NCBI GenBank assembly: GCA_040901675.1
Contig: JBBDYJ010000018.1
Location: forward strand, 1 to 34,022
Length of the DNA stretch: 34,022 nucleotides
Source of the DNA: Pirellulales bacterium
Lineage (GTDB): Bacteria > Planctomycetota > Planctomycetia > Pirellulales > JAICIG01
Reading direction: 5' to 3'
Positions 32,071 to 34,022 of this stretch are shown piece after piece. The notes under the pieces were generated by a model. The model was not told the origin of the DNA. It saw only the letters and a list, made by a program, of their open reading frames with translations, and did no database searches. Both the position numbers and the translations under genes were made by a program. Each line of letters starts with the position of its first letter. Position 1 is the first letter of the stretch.

Positions 32071-33576
32071 ATGAAAGACGACCTGCTCGTTCAACGCAAG
32101 ATTCGCCGGCCGCGCCGCTTGAGGGCCCGGCGGCCGCCGACGCTGCACATCGCCGAGATCCTGGCCTGGGCCGACGCCTGGTTCGAGCGCACCGGTAATT
32201 GGCCGCAGCAGGATTCCGGGCACATTCCGGGAACGGTGCACGAGAAATGGGCCAATGTGGACGCCGCGCTGCAAAAAGGCTCGCGCGGTCTTCCCGGCGG
32301 CTCGTCGCTGGCGCGGCTGCTGGCAGAGTACCGCGGCAAGCGCAATCGGAAACAACTGCCACCGCTTTCGGTCGCCGAAATCCTCACCTGGATCGATGCG
32401 CATCATGCGCGCACTGGCCAGTGGCCAAACCAAAAGACCGGAGCGATACCCGAAGCCCCTGGAGAGACCTGGATGGCCGTCCAGATGGCGTTGGGCAAGG
32501 GGCTGCGGGGATTGCCTGGCGGGTCATCGTTGGGGCGACTGCTGGTCCGCCGGCGGCGCGTTCGCATCCACGGCATGTTGCCACGCCTGTCGATCGAGCA
32601 GATCCTGGTGTGGATCGACGCGCACCACCGCCGGACCGGTCTTTGGCCCACGGCCGGTTCGGGGCCGATCCACGAGTCGCCGGAGGAGAACTGGCGGATG
32701 ATCGATAAAGTGCTGCGAGCTGGCGGCCGCGGGCTCCCGGGACGCTCGTCGCTGGCACGGCTGCTGTCGAACCGCCGAGGCGTGATGATGAAACACCGCC
32801 GGCGCCCCCCGCTCACGATGGAACGGATTCTCCGCTGGGCCGACGCCCACCACAGGCGCACCGGGGCCTGGCCGCGGCTTACATCGGGCCGCATTCCGGA
32901 GGCGCCCGGCGAAACCTGGGGCAAGATCAACGAGGCCCTGCGCAAAGGCGAGCGTGGCCTGCCCGGCGGCGCTACGTTGGCTGGTATGCTGTTTGAGTAT
33001 CGCGGCGTGCGCAATGTCCAGGGGCTGCCGAGGCTCACGATCGAGCAGATCCTGGCCTGGGCCGATGCCCATTACGCGCGGACCGGCCGTTGGCCGACCA
33101 GGTTGTCCGGGCCCATCCCCGGTGCGCGGGGCGAGACCTGGTCCGGCGTCAATGTGGCGCTCAGTCACGGCAAACGCGGCCTGCCGGGCGGCTCCTCGTT
33201 GCCCCGCCTGCTGGCCGAGCATCGCGGCGTGCCGAACCGCCTCGCCATGAGCCCGGTCAGCGTGGAACAGATCCTGGCCTGGGCCGACGCGTACTTCGAG
33301 CGCACCGGCCGCTGGCCCAACACCCGCAGCGGCCCGCTGTTCGAGCTGCGCGGGGTGACATGGTTCGCCGTCGACAAGTGGTTAAGAATCGGTCGCCGCG
33401 GTCTGCCGGGCGGCAGCAGCCTCCGCCGGCTGCTCCAGGCCCATGGCCGGATCGCCGCGGTGAACCAGAGGTCGGAAGTCAGAAACTCCGTCGGAGGCGG
33501 ACTTGCAGGACGGTCGGAAGTCAGAGGACGGAACGGACGTGAGGCACGGCGTAGCCGAAAGCCGCGTGCAAAATAA
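32071..33576 (+). CDS. 74-aa tandem repeat protein, paralog 3 (6 repeats)
   Basis: Same MKDDL N-terminus and six repeat units. Confidence 0.9.
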   Translation: MKDDLLVQRKIRRPRRLRARRPPTLHIAEILAWADAWFERTGNWPQQDSGHIPGTVHEKWANVDAALQKGSRGLPGGSSLARLLAEYRGKRNRKQLPPLSVAEILTWIDAHHARTGQWPNQKTGAIPEAPGETWMAVQMALGKGLRGLPGGSSLGRLLVRRRRVRIHGMLPRLSIEQILVWIDAHHRRTGLWPTAGSGPIHESPEENWRMIDKVLRAGGRGLPGRSSLARLLSNRRGVMMKHRRRPPLTMERILRWADAHHRRTGAWPRLTSGRIPEAPGETWGKINEALRKGERGLPGGATLAGMLFEYRGVRNVQGLPRLTIEQILAWADAHYARTGRWPTRLSGPIPGARGETWSGVNVALSHGKRGLPGGSSLPRLLAEHRGVPNRLAMSPVSVEQILAWADAYFERTGRWPNTRSGPLFELRGVTWFAVDKWLRIGRRGLPGGSSLRRLLQAHGRIAAVNQRSEVRNSVGGGLAGRSEVRGRNGREARRSRKPRAK

Positions 33577-33688
33577 GCCGACGGCGGACCTAGTTGCTAA
33601 AAAGGAAGCCTGGCCACAAAAAGGCACGAAAAGGCACGAAAAGTAGGATGAAGAACCGGGCCTGCGGGACGAAGCGGGAGTACTTTAT

Positions 33689-33882
33689 ACGGCCTCTCGC
33701 TGGCGCGTCGGCGAAGAAGTCCCTGGGGGACGGCCTCTCGCGGAGCGAGAGGACCACATCACGAAGGGTAGGTCTTGGCACTTGGAGCTTGGTACTTGGG
33801 AAGAACGACGGCGCAGGACGGCCAAGGAAGACCACACGCGGAACGTGAGGGCTACATCACGGCCTCTCGCTTGCGCGTCGGG
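33689..33882. repeat. three ACGGCCTCTCGC-initiated REP-like elements
   Basis: Copies at 33689, 33730 (hairpin CCTCTCGC-GGA-GCGAGAGG) and 33859; two continue TxGCGCGTCGG. Confidence 0.65.
33774..33801. repeat. degenerate heptamer array (CTTGGnn)x4
   Basis: CTTGGCA CTTGGAG CTTGGTA CTTGGGA. Confidence 0.85.
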
Positions 33883-33892
33883 TTAGTGTGGC

Positions 33893-33948
33893 GTGGCTGG
33901 TGGATAGTGGCTGGTGGATAGTGGTCGGTGGTTAGTGGCTGGTGGCTG
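33893..33948. repeat. degenerate heptamer array (GTGGnnn)x8
   Basis: GTGGCTG/GTGGATA-type units with period 7. Confidence 0.85.
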
Positions 33949-34022
33949 ATTGCTCTTGTAGGCGTCTGGCCCTGTAAGAAATCTTGTGTCAGCTAGCAGA
34001 AATGGGTAGCTTTCGTAACCTT

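Noticed and set aside
29523..33576. Repeat proteins as true TALE, PPR, TPR or ankyrin proteins, or as transposases
   Set aside because: The unit is 74 aa with none of those consensus motifs; no DDE, HUH or recombinase motif is visible. The TALE comparison is by analogy only
33590..33848. Short ORFs at the right end
   Set aside because: Built from dispersed repeats; no RBS or protein-like pattern

Overview
GC-rich bacterial chromosome segment, very probably from a planctomycete (PSD1/DUF1549-DUF1553 + DUF1501 pair, DUF1571, DUF1080, heptamer and REP-like intergenic repeats). Left end: a 5'-truncated RHS/YD-repeat toxin gene split by one in-frame TAG. Middle: mostly metabolic and housekeeping genes (glnA with a sigma54 promoter and an NtrC-like site, MMPL transporter, S41 protease, two Gfo/Idh/MocA oxidoreductases, VOC protein, rhamnulokinase, APS reductase cysH + Rrf2 regulator, sat). 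This part also holds a 4.1-kb cassette bounded by a 55-bp direct repeat and an antitoxin gene whose VapC partner is internally deleted. Right end, the best candidate for an undescribed system: three tandem paralogous genes made almost entirely of 74-aa Arg-rich repeats (16 units). The units have a conserved scaffold, hypervariable positions at fixed sites, distinct N- and C-cap units and signs of repeat shuffling, suggesting a modular nucleic-acid-binding family. All family assignments come from motif recognition by eye; no searches were run.
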